Shown here in pieces: positions 28,034 to 38,435 of a stretch of 64,000 nt of DNA. A model generated the notes under the pieces. That model saw only the letters and a list, made by a program, of their open reading frames with translations. It was not told the DNA's origin and ran no database searches. The DNA is taken from NCBI GenBank assembly GCA_049840735.1, contig JASGJN010000025.1, positions 64,001 to 128,000 of the forward strand, given 5' to 3'. The translations under genes and the position numbers were made by a program. Numbering within the stretch: position 1 is the first letter of the stretch; each line of letters starts with the position of its first letter. Origin of the DNA: Anaeromyxobacter sp. GTDB lineage: Bacteria > Myxococcota > Myxococcia > Myxococcales > Anaeromyxobacteraceae.

Positions 28034-28286
28034 GTACCCCTCCCGATCGCCTGGGCGACTCCCGCCGCGAGTGTACGGCATCCCGCGCGCGCGGCAGGCG
28101 ATCACCTGCGTCGCACCTGCGCCGCCACGGGTTTCCCCGGGACTCATGGCGGCGACCGGTCGAGTTGATGCCGAAACGGTACCGTGCGCCATGAGCAAGA
28201 TCCGGCGCCTGACGGCGCCTCGGTTCGGGGGGAAGCTCCCCCCGTAACCCCCCATCACGCAGGCTCAATCCGATTGGGCGGCGTGA

Positions 28287-28821
28287 TCAGTCGCAGGGAT
28301 AGAGGCTCTCGGTGAAGAGCCACTCCTGGCCGCGCCGCACGAAGCAGAGCGGGGCGCCGGGGGTGACGAGCCCGGGCGCGCGGTAGGCCAGGCAGGGGCG
28401 GCCCAGCGGGCCGGCGGCGGGGTCGCCGCGGAAGGCCACCGCCACCGCGACCTCCCGCGCCGTGGCGAAGAGCGCGCGCAGCGAGGCGGGCTGGCCGGCC
28501 GGGGCCGAGGCGCCGGGGCCGCCCAGCAGCACGCCGTGCACCCAGCTCGCCGGATCGCGCAGCTCGCGGAGCACGCGCTGGCGCGGGATGACGCGCCCGC
28601 CGCAGCGGAGGCCGTCGGGGGGGACCCGGGCCGCCAGGGCCTCCACGTCGCCGCGCTCGATGTCGCGCTGGATCCCGCGCGCCCAGCCGGATGATTTCCT
28701 CCGCCAGCGCCGCCCGCTGCGCCTGCAGCCGGCCCGCCGGGCCGGACGGCGCGGCGGCGGCTCCGGCGGACGGCTGCGGTCCGGACGCGGCCAGCGCCAG
28801 CGCGAGCAGCAGGGGGATCAC
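28287..28821 (-). CDS. Exported hypothetical protein (apparent frameshift near 28690)
   Basis: Signal-like VIPLLLALALAASG from GTG 28821. The C-terminal part is in ORF 28287..28646. Confidence 0.5.
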
Positions 28822-30054
28822 GGCAGGCGGTACTTGAGCAGGTGGGCCTCGAGCGGCCCGTTCCAGAGCCGGTGGTCCACCTCGGGGCGCAGCGGGATGA
28901 GCCGCTCCAGCTGCGGGTTGCCGGAGAGGATCACCGCCGTCCAGCCGGAGTGGCGGACCAGCATCTCGCCCAGCCCACGGTAGAACCCCTCCAGCTTGCG
29001 GTCGGCGGTGCGCTGCTCCGAGGCGGTGCGCGGCGGCGGGGCCTCGCGCTTGCCGCGCCCCCAGCGCTCGCCGCGCGGCTCCTGCCCGTCCCGCTCCTCG
29101 CGCCCCTCGCGGCCGCCGCCCAGCCGCTCGCCGTAGGGCGGGTTGGTCACGAGCGTGCCGGCGGCGGCGATGGGCGCGAGGTCGCGCGCGTCGGCCTGGA
29201 CGATCTCCCAGATCGGCGGCCACGCCGGCGGCGGCGGCGTTGCGGCGGAGCGCCTCCAGCGCCTTGGGGTGGCTGTCGCGCGCCAGGATGGGGGCGGGGG
29301 CGCGCGGCAGGACGCCGGCGCGGGCCTCGGCGCGGAGCCGGTCCCAGGTCGACTGGGGGCCGCCGCGGTAGGCGGGCCAGCGCTGGAAGCCGAAGGCGCG
29401 GCCCAGTCCGGGCGGCATGCGCCGCGCGGCCAGCGCGTGCTCGATGGCCAGGGTGCCGGAGCCGGCCATGGGGTCGACGAAGGGCAGCGCGGGATCGACG
29501 CCGCCCAGCAGCAGCACCGCCGCGGCCAGCGTCTCCTTGAGCGGCGCCTCGGTGGTCACCGCGCGGTAGCCGCGCCGGTGGAGCGGGGCGCCGGCCAGGT
29601 CGAGCGAGAGCGTGGCCTGGTCGCGGGCCAGGTGCAGCACGATGCGGACGTCGGGGTCCTTGGCGTCCACGTCCGGGCGGGCGCCCAGCCGGTCGCGCAC
29701 CGCGTCCACGGCGGCGTCCTTCACCTTCAAGGCGGCGAACCCGGAGTGCGTGATGGCGGACGAGGTGACCGTCGCCTCCACCGCCAGCGTGGTCCGGTCG
29801 GTGAGCCAGGCGTCCCAGCCCACCGCGCGGGCGCCCTCGTACAGCGCCTCCGGGGAGGGGGCCTCGAACCGCCCCAGCTCCAGCAGCAGGCGCATGGCGG
29901 TGCGGACGTGGAGGCAGGCGCGCATGCCGGCCTCGAGCGTCCCCTCGAAGGAGACGCCGCCCCGCTCGCCGCGGACGGCGTGGAGCTTGAGGGACGAGAG
30001 CTCGCGGCGGAGGGCGCCCTCGGTCCCCTTGGCGCAGGTGGCGAAGAATCTCAT
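28818..30054 (-). CDS. THUMP-domain SAM-dependent RNA methyltransferase (RlmL/UPF0020-like; frameshift near 29210)
   Basis: MRFFATCAKGTEGALRREL, LHRRGYR, APLKETLAAA, DPMAGSGT, NPPYGER and LWNGPL. Confidence 0.9.
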
Positions 30055-30056
30055 GG

Positions 30057-30962
30057 TCAGCGCGGCGCGCCGGCGCTGGCCCGGGCGTCCGTGTTCCCGT
30101 ACACGGCCAGCCGGATGGAGCCCTTGGCGTCGCGCTTGGCGGTGTACATCAGCTCGTCGGCGCGCGCCATCAGCTCGTCCACGTCCTCGGGCGGCGTGAG
30201 GAAGACCGCCGCGCCCACCGAGAACCCGACCGACCAGGCGCCGTGCCGGGCCACGGCCGTGAGCAGCGTGGCCTTGAGCCGCTCCAGCAGCGCGCCGGCC
30301 ATGGGCGCGTCGGTCTCGGGCAGGATCAGCCCGAACTCGTCGCCGCCCAGCCGCGCCACCGCGTCCACCGCGCGCGTCGCGTTGCGCAGCGTCTGGCCGA
30401 TGGTGACCAGCAGCGCGTCGCCCTCGGCGTGGCCCAGCCGGTCGTTGATCAGCTTGAAGTCGTCGCAGTCCACGTAGGCCACGGTGATGGGCCGGCCGTG
30501 GCGCCGCGCGCGCTCCAGCTCCAGCGCGGCGGCCTCGAAGAAGGCGCGGCGGTTGGCGATCTGCGTGAGGGCGTCGGTGCGGGCCAGCAGCTCCTCCGCC
30601 TCCAGCCGCCCCTTGAGCGCGCCCAGCATCAGCGCCAGGGCCACCGCCGTGCCGGCCAGCATCACGCCGTTCCAGATCAGCACCGCGATGGTGGGGTCGT
30701 CCAGGTGGTGGTGGTGGCGGTAGAGCAGGTCCATGCCCGAGGACAGGACCGCGCTGGCCACGGCCAGCACGATGCCGCCGCGCAGGGAGGCGAACCAGGT
30801 GCCCAGGCCGATGGGGGCCAGGTAGAAGAGGATCAACGACACGTCGCCGCGGGTGAGATAGTCGGTGGCGGCGACGCACAGGATCATCCCCAGCGCCGCC
30901 AGCCACCAGCCGCCCGCCGTCAGCGCCGCCGGGACCGCCCCGCGCGCGTCCGGGATCGCCAC
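30057..30962 (-). CDS. Membrane-bound diguanylate cyclase (GGDEF)
   Basis: About 4 TM helices, TDALTQIANRR, DCDDFKLIND and an intact RLGGDEF. Start position uncertain. Confidence 0.9.
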   Translation of the reverse strand: MAIPDARGAVPAALTAGGWWLAALGMILCVAATDYLTRGDVSLILFYLAPIGLGTWFASLRGGIVLAVASAVLSSGMDLLYRHHHHLDDPTIAVLIWNGVMLAGTAVALALMLGALKGRLEAEELLARTDALTQIANRRAFFEAAALELERARRHGRPITVAYVDCDDFKLINDRLGHAEGDALLVTIGQTLRNATRAVDAVARLGGDEFGLILPETDAPMAGALLERLKATLLTAVARHGAWSVGFSVGAAVFLTPPEDVDELMARADELMYTAKRDAKGSIRLAVYGNTDARASAGAPR

Positions 30963-31205
30963 CAGCCCGCGGTCGAGCGGAGGTGGGGACGGTGGGGGCG
31001 TCGGGGCCCCGTTCGGGCGCTCAGATGTCACGCGAAATCGTTTGTCTAGGAGGCCATGGGGGCTGGCGCTGTCAAGACTGCCAGCCGCCCACCTTTGCCC
31101 CCATTCCGCGTGACGCTTCAATTACTTACGGTGAAAAACACCCTCCCGGGACGCACGGGCCTCCGCGCGCGGCCCGGGCGGAGGGTGGGCCGGGCCGGTG
31201 ACGGC

Positions 31206-31243
31206 TTCACGAACCCGTGCCGGCGACGCCATGGTCCCGTCAC
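31206..31243 (+). promoter_or_regulatory. Pho-box-like repeats upstream of phoB
   Basis: TTCAC (31206), GCCAT (31228) and GTCAC (31239) sit on an 11-bp register. Confidence 0.55.
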
Positions 31244-31268
31244 AGGGGCAGGTGTAAAGGTTCGTCCC

Positions 31269-31965
31269 GTGACGGCCATCCTCCTCGTGGACGACGAGCG
31301 CGACCTGCTCTCCCTGCTCGACTTCAACCTCCGCGCGGCCGGTTACGAGACCCTGCTGGCCACCACCGGCGAGCAGGCGCTCGCGCACCTCCGCCGCCGC
31401 ATCCCGGACCTGATCCTGCTGGACGTGATGCTGCCCGACCTCTCCGGCACCGAGATTTGCCCGGGAGATCGAGGGTGACCCCCGCACCAGGCACGTGCCG
31501 GTGGTGATGCTCACCGCCCGCGGCGACGAGGTGGACCGGGTGGTCGGGTTCGAGATCGGCGCCGACGACTACGTCACCAAGCCGTTCAGCGTCCGGGAGC
31601 TGGTGCTGCGGCTCAAGGCGGTGCTGCGCCGGAGCGGCGGCGCGCGGCCCGCGGACAGGCCGCCGGAGTCGGTGGGGCCCATCCGCGTGGACGTGGACGC
31701 CCACCGCGCCTTCGTGGACGGGGCCGAGGTGACGCTGACGCCGCTGGAGTTCAAGCTGCTCACCACGCTCATGTCGCGGCTGGGCCGCGTGCAGTCGCGC
31801 GAGCAGCTGCTGGAGGACGTCTGGGAGATGTCCTCCGAGGTGGAGACCCGCACCGTGGACACCCACGTGAAGCGGCTGCGCGAGAAGCTGGGCTCGGGGC
31901 GGGACCTGCTCGAGACCGTGCGCGGCATCGGCTACCGGCTGGTGGACCCCGGCGACAAGGCCTAG
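31269..31965 (+). CDS. phoB: OmpR/PhoB-family response regulator (frameshift near 31465)
   Basis: ILLVDDE, DVMLP; then GADDYVTKPFS, LTPLEFKLL, TRTVDTHVKRLREKL and TVRGIGY. Heads the pst locus. Confidence 0.88.
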
Positions 31966-31969
31966 CCGC

Positions 31970-33101
31970 ATGCTCCACCGCACCCCGCTCGCCGCCGCCA
32001 TCCGCGCGCTCCGGGCCGAGCTGGCCGGCGGCCCGCGCGCCGACCTGGGGCGCGACGTCCGCGAGCTGCAGGAGCTGCTGGCCGAGCGCGAGCTGCGCCG
32101 CTTCGCTGCGGCGCGCGATCCCCGCCGAGCAGGAGCTGCTGGCGGCCCTGCCGGACGCGGCGGCGCTGGTGGCCAAGGACGGGCTCGTCCGCGTGGCCAA
32201 CGCCGCCTTCGACGCGCTCGACGCCGCCGGCCGCGCCAGCGGCCACACGGTGCTGGAGGCCACCCGCAGCCCCGAGCTGGCGGACGCGGTCCGCCGCGCG
32301 CTGGAGGGGACGGCGCGCCGGCTGGACGTGGCGCTGCAGGGGCGGGCCCACCTGGCCCACCTGGCGCCGCTCCTGCGCGGCGAGGTGCTGGTGATGGTGC
32401 GCGACGTGACCGAGGCCAAGCGGGCCGAGGCCACCCGCCGCGACTTCGTCGCCAACGCCAGCCACGAGCTGCGCACGCCCATCGCCGCCATCCGCGCCTC
32501 GGCCGAGACGCTGCTCGACGGCGCGCTGGCCGACCCGGCCGCGGCGCGCCACTTCGTGGAGATCGTGGCCCGCCACGCCGAGCGGCTCTCCCGGCTGACC
32601 CGGGACCTGCTCGACCTCTCGCGCATCGAGTCGCGGCAGTGGAAGCTCGAGCCGGGGCCGGTGGAGCTGCGCCCGCTGGCCCAGCAGGTGCTGGAGCTCT
32701 CGGCGTCCCCGCCGGCGAGAAGGGGCTGGCGCTGCACGCCGAGGTGCCCGCGGAGGCGGTGGTCCGCGCCGACCCGCGCGCGCTCGAGCAGGTGCTGGTG
32801 AACCTGGTCGAGAACGCGGTGAAGTACACGCTGGTGGGGAGCGTCGGCATCGACGCCGCCGGCGACGGGAAGGAGTGGGAGCTGTCGGTCCGGGACACCG
32901 GCCCGGGCATCGACCGCCACCACCTGCCGCGCATCTTCGAGCGGTTCTACCGCGTGGACGCCGGGCGGGCGCGCGACCAGGGCGGCACCGGCCTGGGCCT
33001 CGCCCATCGTGAAGCACCTGGTCCAGGGCATGGGCGGCGAGGTCGGCGTCGAGAGCGGCGCCGGCGGCACGCGCTTCTGGGTCCGGCTCCCGGCGGAGTA
33101 G
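31970..33101 (+). CDS. phoR: PhoR-like PAS sensor histidine kinase (frameshifts near 32120, 32710 and 33005)
   Basis: RRDFVANASHELRTP, NLVENAVKY and IFERFYRVD..R.R..GGTGLGL. Stop TAG at 33099-33101. Confidence 0.85.
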
Positions 33102-33114
33102 GGCCGGCTGATCC

Positions 33115-33361
33115 CCTGGCCTTCGACTCCGGGCCCGCCTTCGGCGTGCCCTACGCTCAGGCCGAACGGTTCCTGCCTGAGGTCGATCACCCGTTCCGTT
33201 CGGCCTTCGAATCCGAGCCGGGCCCCCGTTCTTCGAATCCGAGCCAGGCCCCCGTTCTTCGAATCCGAGCCCGCCCCCCGTTCGGCCTTCGAAGCCGAGC
33301 CCGGCCCCCGTTCGGCCTGAGCGTAGCCGCCGCGAAGCGGCGGCGGAGTCGAAGGCCAGGG
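33115..33361. repeat. Inverted REP pair with internal 26-30 bp tandem repeats
   Basis: Reverse copy at 33115-33169 and forward copy at 33308-33361. TTCGAA(T/G)CCGAGCC..CCCCGTTC units at 33206, 33232, 33258 and 33288. Confidence 0.9.
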
Positions 33362-33405
33362 ACCCGCTCGCCCGCCTCCACCCTCAGTGCACCGATTGTG
33401 TCCGG

Positions 33406-33459
33406 TTCGCCGAATCGTCACGGCCGCGCCGCGGGCGTGCCACGGCCCCTCCCTAGAAA
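33406..33459 (+). promoter_or_regulatory. Pho-box-like promoter of porin-pstS
   Basis: TTCGC, GTCAC, GCCGC and GCCAC at 33406, 33417, 33428 and 33439 (11-bp period), then TAGAAA at 33454. Confidence 0.6.
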
Positions 33460-33510
33460 GAGCCTCGACCCGAGCACTGCTCATCACCGCACATCGCGGA
33501 GGGATACACC

Positions 33511-34737
33511 GTGAATCGTCTCGTCGCCTTCATCGCCGCCCTGCTGGTCGCGCCCGCCGCGCTGGCCCAGGAGGCTGCTGCCCCTGCTGCTGCCCCCGCT
33601 GCCCCTGCCGCCGACGTCGCTCCGGCCGGTCCGGACACCGCCGCCCTCGAGGGCAAGGTGACCTCGCTCGAGGAGCAGGTCGCCGAGCTCAAGTCCGGCG
33701 TGGACGCGCTCAAGCGCATCAAGCTCTCCGGCTACATCCAGGCCCGCTACGCCTGGCAGGAGGCGGCCGCGAACCACTACGGCGCCACGCCGGCCGTGCC
33801 GCCCGGCCAGCAGAACTTCTTCATCCGTCGCGGCCGCATCAAGACGGTCTACGACGGCGACCTGACCCAGTACGTCCTGCAGCTCGACGCCACCCCGTCC
33901 GGCGTCGGCATCAAGGAGGGCTACGCGACCCTCAAGCTCCCCGCCGGCTTCGCGGTGGACGCCGGCCTCCAGCTCTTCCCCTTCGGCTACGAGGTGCTGG
34001 TGCGCTCGTCCGCTGACCTCGACCTGCTCGAGCGCGCCCGCGTCACCCGCGCCTACCTGGGCGGTGAGTACGACCTGGGCGTGGCGCTCCGCGGCGCGTA
34101 CGGCCCGCTGAACTTCAAGGTCGGCGTCTTCAACGGCAACGGCATCGACGCCAAGACCTCCGGCCTCGACAACGACCAGCTCAAGGACGTGATCGGCCGC
34201 ATCGGTCTCGACTTCGGCATGGTCACCGGCGGCGTCTCCGGCTGGTACGGCAAGACCCGCAACTACTCCTCGCTCGCCGCCACCGAGCCCAGCGACCCGC
34301 AGGACTACGACCGCAAGCGCCTCGGCGCCGACCTGCAGGTCTTCCTCGACCTGCTGCCCATCGGCGGCACCGCCCTCAAGGGCGAGTACATCATGGGCAC
34401 CACCACCATCAGCGACAAGAACGGCGGCGCCGGCGACCTGCTGGGCAAGAAGGGCAACGGCTGGTACGGCCTCCTCACCCAGAACGTCGGCTCCTGGAAC
34501 CAGGTGGCGGTCCGCTTCGAGGAGTTCACCCCGGACAAGGAGGTGGACCTCTCCGGCGACACCAACACCAAGGTGAAGACCCAGCAGGAGCTGCAGGCCG
34601 CGGTTCACACCTTCATCGGCGGCAACTACAAGCTGTCCCTGGCCTACTTCCACCCGCTGAACGGCGACAAGGGCGCCGCCGCGCCGTCGGATCCCAAGAC
34701 CGACCAGTTCATCGTCCAGGCCCAGGCCAAGTTCTAG
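33511..34737 (+). CDS. Outer-membrane porin (OprO/OprP-like phosphate-selective)
   Basis: Signal peptide, coiled coil, IKLSGYIQARY, FFIRRGRIK, GVFNGNG and C-terminal QAKF. Lies directly upstream of pstS. Confidence 0.8.
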   Translation: MNRLVAFIAALLVAPAALAQEAAAPAAAPAAPAADVAPAGPDTAALEGKVTSLEEQVAELKSGVDALKRIKLSGYIQARYAWQEAAANHYGATPAVPPGQQNFFIRRGRIKTVYDGDLTQYVLQLDATPSGVGIKEGYATLKLPAGFAVDAGLQLFPFGYEVLVRSSADLDLLERARVTRAYLGGEYDLGVALRGAYGPLNFKVGVFNGNGIDAKTSGLDNDQLKDVIGRIGLDFGMVTGGVSGWYGKTRNYSSLAATEPSDPQDYDRKRLGADLQVFLDLLPIGGTALKGEYIMGTTTISDKNGGAGDLLGKKGNGWYGLLTQNVGSWNQVAVRFEEFTPDKEVDLSGDTNTKVKTQQELQAAVHTFIGGNYKLSLAYFHPLNGDKGAAAPSDPKTDQFIVQAQAKF

Positions 34738-34772
34738 AGCCCACACAGACAGAGAAAGAGGAGCAACGACCC

Positions 34773-35585
34773 ATGAAGCGCATCCTGCTCGCCCTCGCCG
34801 CCGCCGCGCTGCCGCTGTTCGCCAGCGCCGCCACCACGGTCAAGGGCTCCGACACGATGGTGATCCTCGCCCAGCGCTGGGCCGAGGAGTACATGAAGTC
34901 CAACCCCGGCAAGAAGGTGCAGGTCACCGGCGGCGGCTCCGGCGTGGGCATCGCCGCGCTGATCAACGGCACCACCGACATCGCCAACTCGTCCCGGTCC
35001 ATCAAGGGCGACGAGAAGGCCAAGGTGCGCGACCGCTACAGCGTGCTGCCCACCGAGACTGCCGTGGCCAAGGACGGCGTCACGGTCTACGTGCACGAGT
35101 CCAACCCGGTCGCGCAGCTCACCACCGACCAGCTCCGCGGCATCTTCAACGGCGACATCACCAACTGGAAGGAGGTGGGCGGCCCGGACGCGAAGATCGC
35201 GCTCTACTCCCGCGAGAACTCCTCCGGCACCTACGTCTTCTTCAAGGAGCACGTGCTCCAGGGCGACGACTACGCCCCGCAGGCCCAGACGCTGCCCGGC
35301 ACCGCCGCGGTGGTGAACGCGGTGGCCAAGGAGAAGCTCGGGATCGGCTACGGCGGCGCCGCCTACGCCAAGGGGGTGAGGGAGGTGAAGGTCGTCGCCA
35401 AGGACGGCCAGGCCTACCTGCCCACCGCCGAGAACATCGCCGCCAACAAGTACCCGCTGGCCCGCCCGCTCTTCATGTACACGCGCGGCAAGCCGAGCGG
35501 CGAGGCGGCCGACTTCATCCGGTACTGCCTCTCCCCCGAGGGGCAGGCCCTGGTGAGCAAGGTCGGGTACTTCCCGGTCAAGTGA
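34773..35585 (+). CDS. pstS: Phosphate ABC transporter substrate-binding protein
   Basis: KGSDTM, GGGSGVGIAALING, RENSSGTY and YPLARPLFMY. Confidence 0.95.
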   Translation: MKRILLALAAAALPLFASAATTVKGSDTMVILAQRWAEEYMKSNPGKKVQVTGGGSGVGIAALINGTTDIANSSRSIKGDEKAKVRDRYSVLPTETAVAKDGVTVYVHESNPVAQLTTDQLRGIFNGDITNWKEVGGPDAKIALYSRENSSGTYVFFKEHVLQGDDYAPQAQTLPGTAAVVNAVAKEKLGIGYGGAAYAKGVREVKVVAKDGQAYLPTAENIAANKYPLARPLFMYTRGKPSGEAADFIRYCLSPEGQALVSKVGYFPVK

Positions 35586-35589
35586 CGGC

Positions 35590-35643
35590 GTAACGCGTCT
35601 GTCACACAGCCGCCACCCGGGTGCAACGCGCCATGACTAGAAC
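35590..35643 (+). promoter_or_regulatory. Internal Pho-box-like promoter upstream of pstC
   Basis: GTAAC, GTCAC, GCCAC and GCAAC at 35590, 35601, 35612 and 35623 (11-bp period), then TAGAAC at 35638, the same offset as at the porin promoter. Confidence 0.65.
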
Positions 35644-35650
35644 AGCGCCC

Positions 35651-36649
35651 GTGCAGGTGGCCATCGAACAGCAAGCGGAGGCCGGGGCGGCGCGCCCCTC
35701 CTCCGCCATCCGGCGGCGGCAGCTCCGGGAGACGGGCATCGCGGCGGTGATCACCGCCGTGGCCCTCACCGGGATCGCCGCCGTCATCCTGATCTTCGTC
35801 TTCGTGGGGCGAGAGGCCCTGCCCCTCCTCACCTCGCACGAGGTGCGGGAGGAGGTGGACTTCACGCGGATGTTCCTGCCCCAGGTCTGGCGGGCGGGGC
35901 GCGCGGCCACCTACGTCTGGCAGCCGGTCAGCTCGGTCCCCAAGTACTCGATGATCCCGCTCTTCGTCGGGACGCTCAAGGTGACCGCGGTGGCCATGCT
36001 GATCTCGGTCCCGGTCGGCATCGCCGCGGCCCTCTTCACCTCCGAGTTCGCCCCGCGCCGCGTGCGCGAGGTGCTCAAGCCCACCATCGAGCTGCTGGCC
36101 GGCATCCCCTCGGTGGTGGTCGGCTTCTTCGCCCTGGTGGTGCTGGCGAGCTGGCTGCAGACCACCTTCGGCTTTTCCTTCCGCCTCAACGCGGTGGTGG
36201 CCGGCGTCGGGCTGGCGCTGGCGGTGGTCCCGGTCATCTTCACGGTGAGCGAGGACGCGCTGGCGGCGGTCCCGCGCGCCTACCGCGAGGCCTCGCTGGC
36301 GCTGGGCGCGACGAAGTGGGAGACGGCCTACAAGGTGGTGCTGCCGGCGGCCGCCCCGGGCGTCCTGGCCGCCGTGGTGCTGGGCTTCGGCCGCTCCATC
36401 GGCGAGACCATGATCGTCCTGATGGCCTCGGGGAACGCGGCCATCACCTCCTGGTCGCTGGGAGAGTCGGTCCGCACGCTCCCCGCCACCATCGCCGCCG
36501 AGATGGGCGAGGTGGTCTTCGGCGGCACGCACTACTCGGTCCTCTTCTTCATCGGCGTGGAGCTGTTCCTCTTCACCTTCGTCCTGAACGCGCTCGCCAC
36601 CTGGTCGGTCCGCCGGCTGGTGCGCCGCATGTCCGGAGCCAGCGCGTGA
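35651..36649 (+). CDS. pstC: Phosphate ABC transporter permease
   Basis: [21 protein letters not shown] and GRSIGETMIV. Start is GTG 35651 or ATG 35633. Confidence 0.93.
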   Translation: MQVAIEQQAEAGAARPSSAIRRRQLRETGIAAVITAVALTGIAAVILIFVFVGREALPLLTSHEVREEVDFTRMFLPQVWRAGRAATYVWQPVSSVPKYSMIPLFVGTLKVTAVAMLISVPVGIAAALFTSEFAPRRVREVLKPTIELLAGIPSVVVGFFALVVLASWLQTTFGFSFRLNAVVAGVGLALAVVPVIFTVSEDALAAVPRAYREASLALGATKWETAYKVVLPAAAPGVLAAVVLGFGRSIGETMIVLMASGNAAITSWSLGESVRTLPATIAAEMGEVVFGGTHYSVLFFIGVELFLFTFVLNALATWSVRRLVRRMSGASA

Positions 36650-37561
36650 GCGTGGGGGCCCGCAGAGATCGTCGGGACCGGCCTGACCTGGGTCACCGGC
36701 GCGGCCGCGCTGCTGGTGGTGGGGATGCTGGCGCTGATCCTCTGGGACGTGGTGAAGGGTGGCGCCGGCCGGCTGAGCTGGGAGTTCCTCACCGCCGCGC
36801 CCTCGGAGGGCATGACCCAGGGCGGCATCTTCCCGGCCATCTACGGCACGGCGGTGATGACGCTATTGATGACGGTGGCGGTCATGCCGGTGGGCGTGGC
36901 CACGGCCGTCTACCTGCACGAGTACGCCTCCCCGCGCTCGCGGCTGGCGGAGCTGGTGCGGGTGGCGGTGACCAACCTGGCCGGCGTGCCATCCATCGTC
37001 TTCGGCCTCTTCGGCCTGGGCTTCTTCATCCAGTTCGTGGGGCGCGGGCTGGACTCGGTCCTCTCCGAGCCGGGCACCATCGCCTACGGCAAGCCCTCGC
37101 TGATCTGGGCGGCGCTCACGCTGGCGGTGCTGACGCTGCCGGTGGTGATCGTCTCCACCGAGGAGGCGCTCCGCGCCGTGCCGCGCGAGCTGCGCGACGC
37201 CAGCCTGGCGCTGGGCGCCACCAAGTCGCAGACGCTGGCCCGGGTGGTGATCCCCGGGGCGCTGCCGGGCATCCTCACCGGCGCCATCCTGGCGGTGGCG
37301 CGCGGCGCGGGCGAGGTGGCGCCCATCCTCTTCACCGGGGTGGCCTACTTCCTGCCGGAGCTGCCCGGCTCCCCGCTCCAGCAGTTCATGCACCTCGGCT
37401 ACCACGTCTACGTGCTGGCCACGCAGTCGCCGGACGTGGAGGCCACCCTGCCGCTCCTCTACGCCACGGTGCTGGTGCTGCTGGCGCTCACCTTCGCCCT
37501 CAACCTGATGGCCATCGCCATCCGCACCCGCACCCGGCGCAAGGCCGAAGGCGCCCACTGA
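36646..37561 (+). CDS. pstA: Phosphate ABC transporter permease (apparent 5' frameshift near 36660)
   Basis: [23 protein letters not shown] and [12 protein letters not shown]. Confidence 0.92.
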
Positions 37562-37562
37562 C

Positions 37563-38351
37563 ATGCAACCGTCCACCCAGCCCCCCGCCGCCCCGGCGAC
37601 GCCCAAGATGGAGACGCGCAGCCTCTTCATCCGCTACGGCCAGAAGGCCGCGGTGAAGGACGTCTCCATCCGGCTCCCCGAGCGCCAGGTCACGGCGCTG
37701 ATCGGGCCCTCAGGCTGCGGGAAGTCCACCTTCCTGCGCTCGCTCAATCGGATGAACGAGCTCATCCCGGGGGCGAGCTTCGAGGGCACCATCCTGCTCG
37801 ACGGCCGCTCCATCCTGGAGCGCCACCTGGACGCGGTCGAGCTGCGCCGCCGCGTGGGCATGGTGTTCCAGAAGTCCAACCCCTTCCCCAAGTCCATCTT
37901 CGAGAACGTGGCCTACGGGATGCGGGTGGGCGGCGTCCGCGAAAAGCAGCTGATCCAGGAGCGGGTGGAGCGCTCGCTCCAGGCGGCGGCCATCTGGGAC
38001 GAGGTGAAGGACCGGCTGGGCGAGAGCGCCCTGGGCCTCTCCGGCGGCCAGCAGCAGCGGCTCTGCATCGCCCGCGCGCTGGCGGTCGAGCCGGAGGTGC
38101 TGCTGATGGACGAGCCGGCCTCCGCGCTCGACCCCATCGCCACGGCCAAGATCGAGGACCTGATCCACGAGCTGAAGGCGCGCTACACCATCGTCATCGT
38201 GACCCACAACATGCAGCAGGCGGCCCGCGTCTCGGACCAGACGGCCTTCTTCTACATGGGCAATCTCATCGAGGTGGGCTCGACCGAGCAGATCTTCACC
38301 AACCCCCGCGAGCAGCGGACCGAGGACTACGTCACCGGCAAGTTCGGGTAG
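37563..38351 (+). CDS. pstB: Phosphate ABC transporter ATP-binding protein
   Basis: [34 protein letters not shown] and YVTGKFG. Confidence 0.96.
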   Translation: MQPSTQPPAAPATPKMETRSLFIRYGQKAAVKDVSIRLPERQVTALIGPSGCGKSTFLRSLNRMNELIPGASFEGTILLDGRSILERHLDAVELRRRVGMVFQKSNPFPKSIFENVAYGMRVGGVREKQLIQERVERSLQAAAIWDEVKDRLGESALGLSGGQQQRLCIARALAVEPEVLLMDEPASALDPIATAKIEDLIHELKARYTIVIVTHNMQQAARVSDQTAFFYMGNLIEVGSTEQIFTNPREQRTEDYVTGKFG

Positions 38352-38435
38352 CATCGGACGGCGCTGCAAGACGATCGGGTGGGGGCCCCGGCGACAGCCG
38401 GGAGGGGGTGCAACCCCCGCAAGGAGAACCAGCGC

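Noticed and set aside
28105..28263. 6S RNA, hammerhead ribozyme or retron msr-msd
   Set aside because: No CUGAUGA core, not a single rod with a central bubble, and no reverse transcriptase nearby.
31027..31114. c-di-GMP riboswitch upstream of the GGDEF gene
   Set aside because: The GNRA tetraloop/receptor and other class I/II motifs are not evident. Kept only as an unclassified hairpin.
17365..37561. Pseudogenisation or programmed frameshifting of lhr, ACAD, the methyltransferase, phoB, phoR and pstA
   Set aside because: Breaks are scattered single-base indels, often at short homopolymers, in otherwise intact genes with no in-frame stops. This is typical of long-read error, though it cannot be proven without reads.
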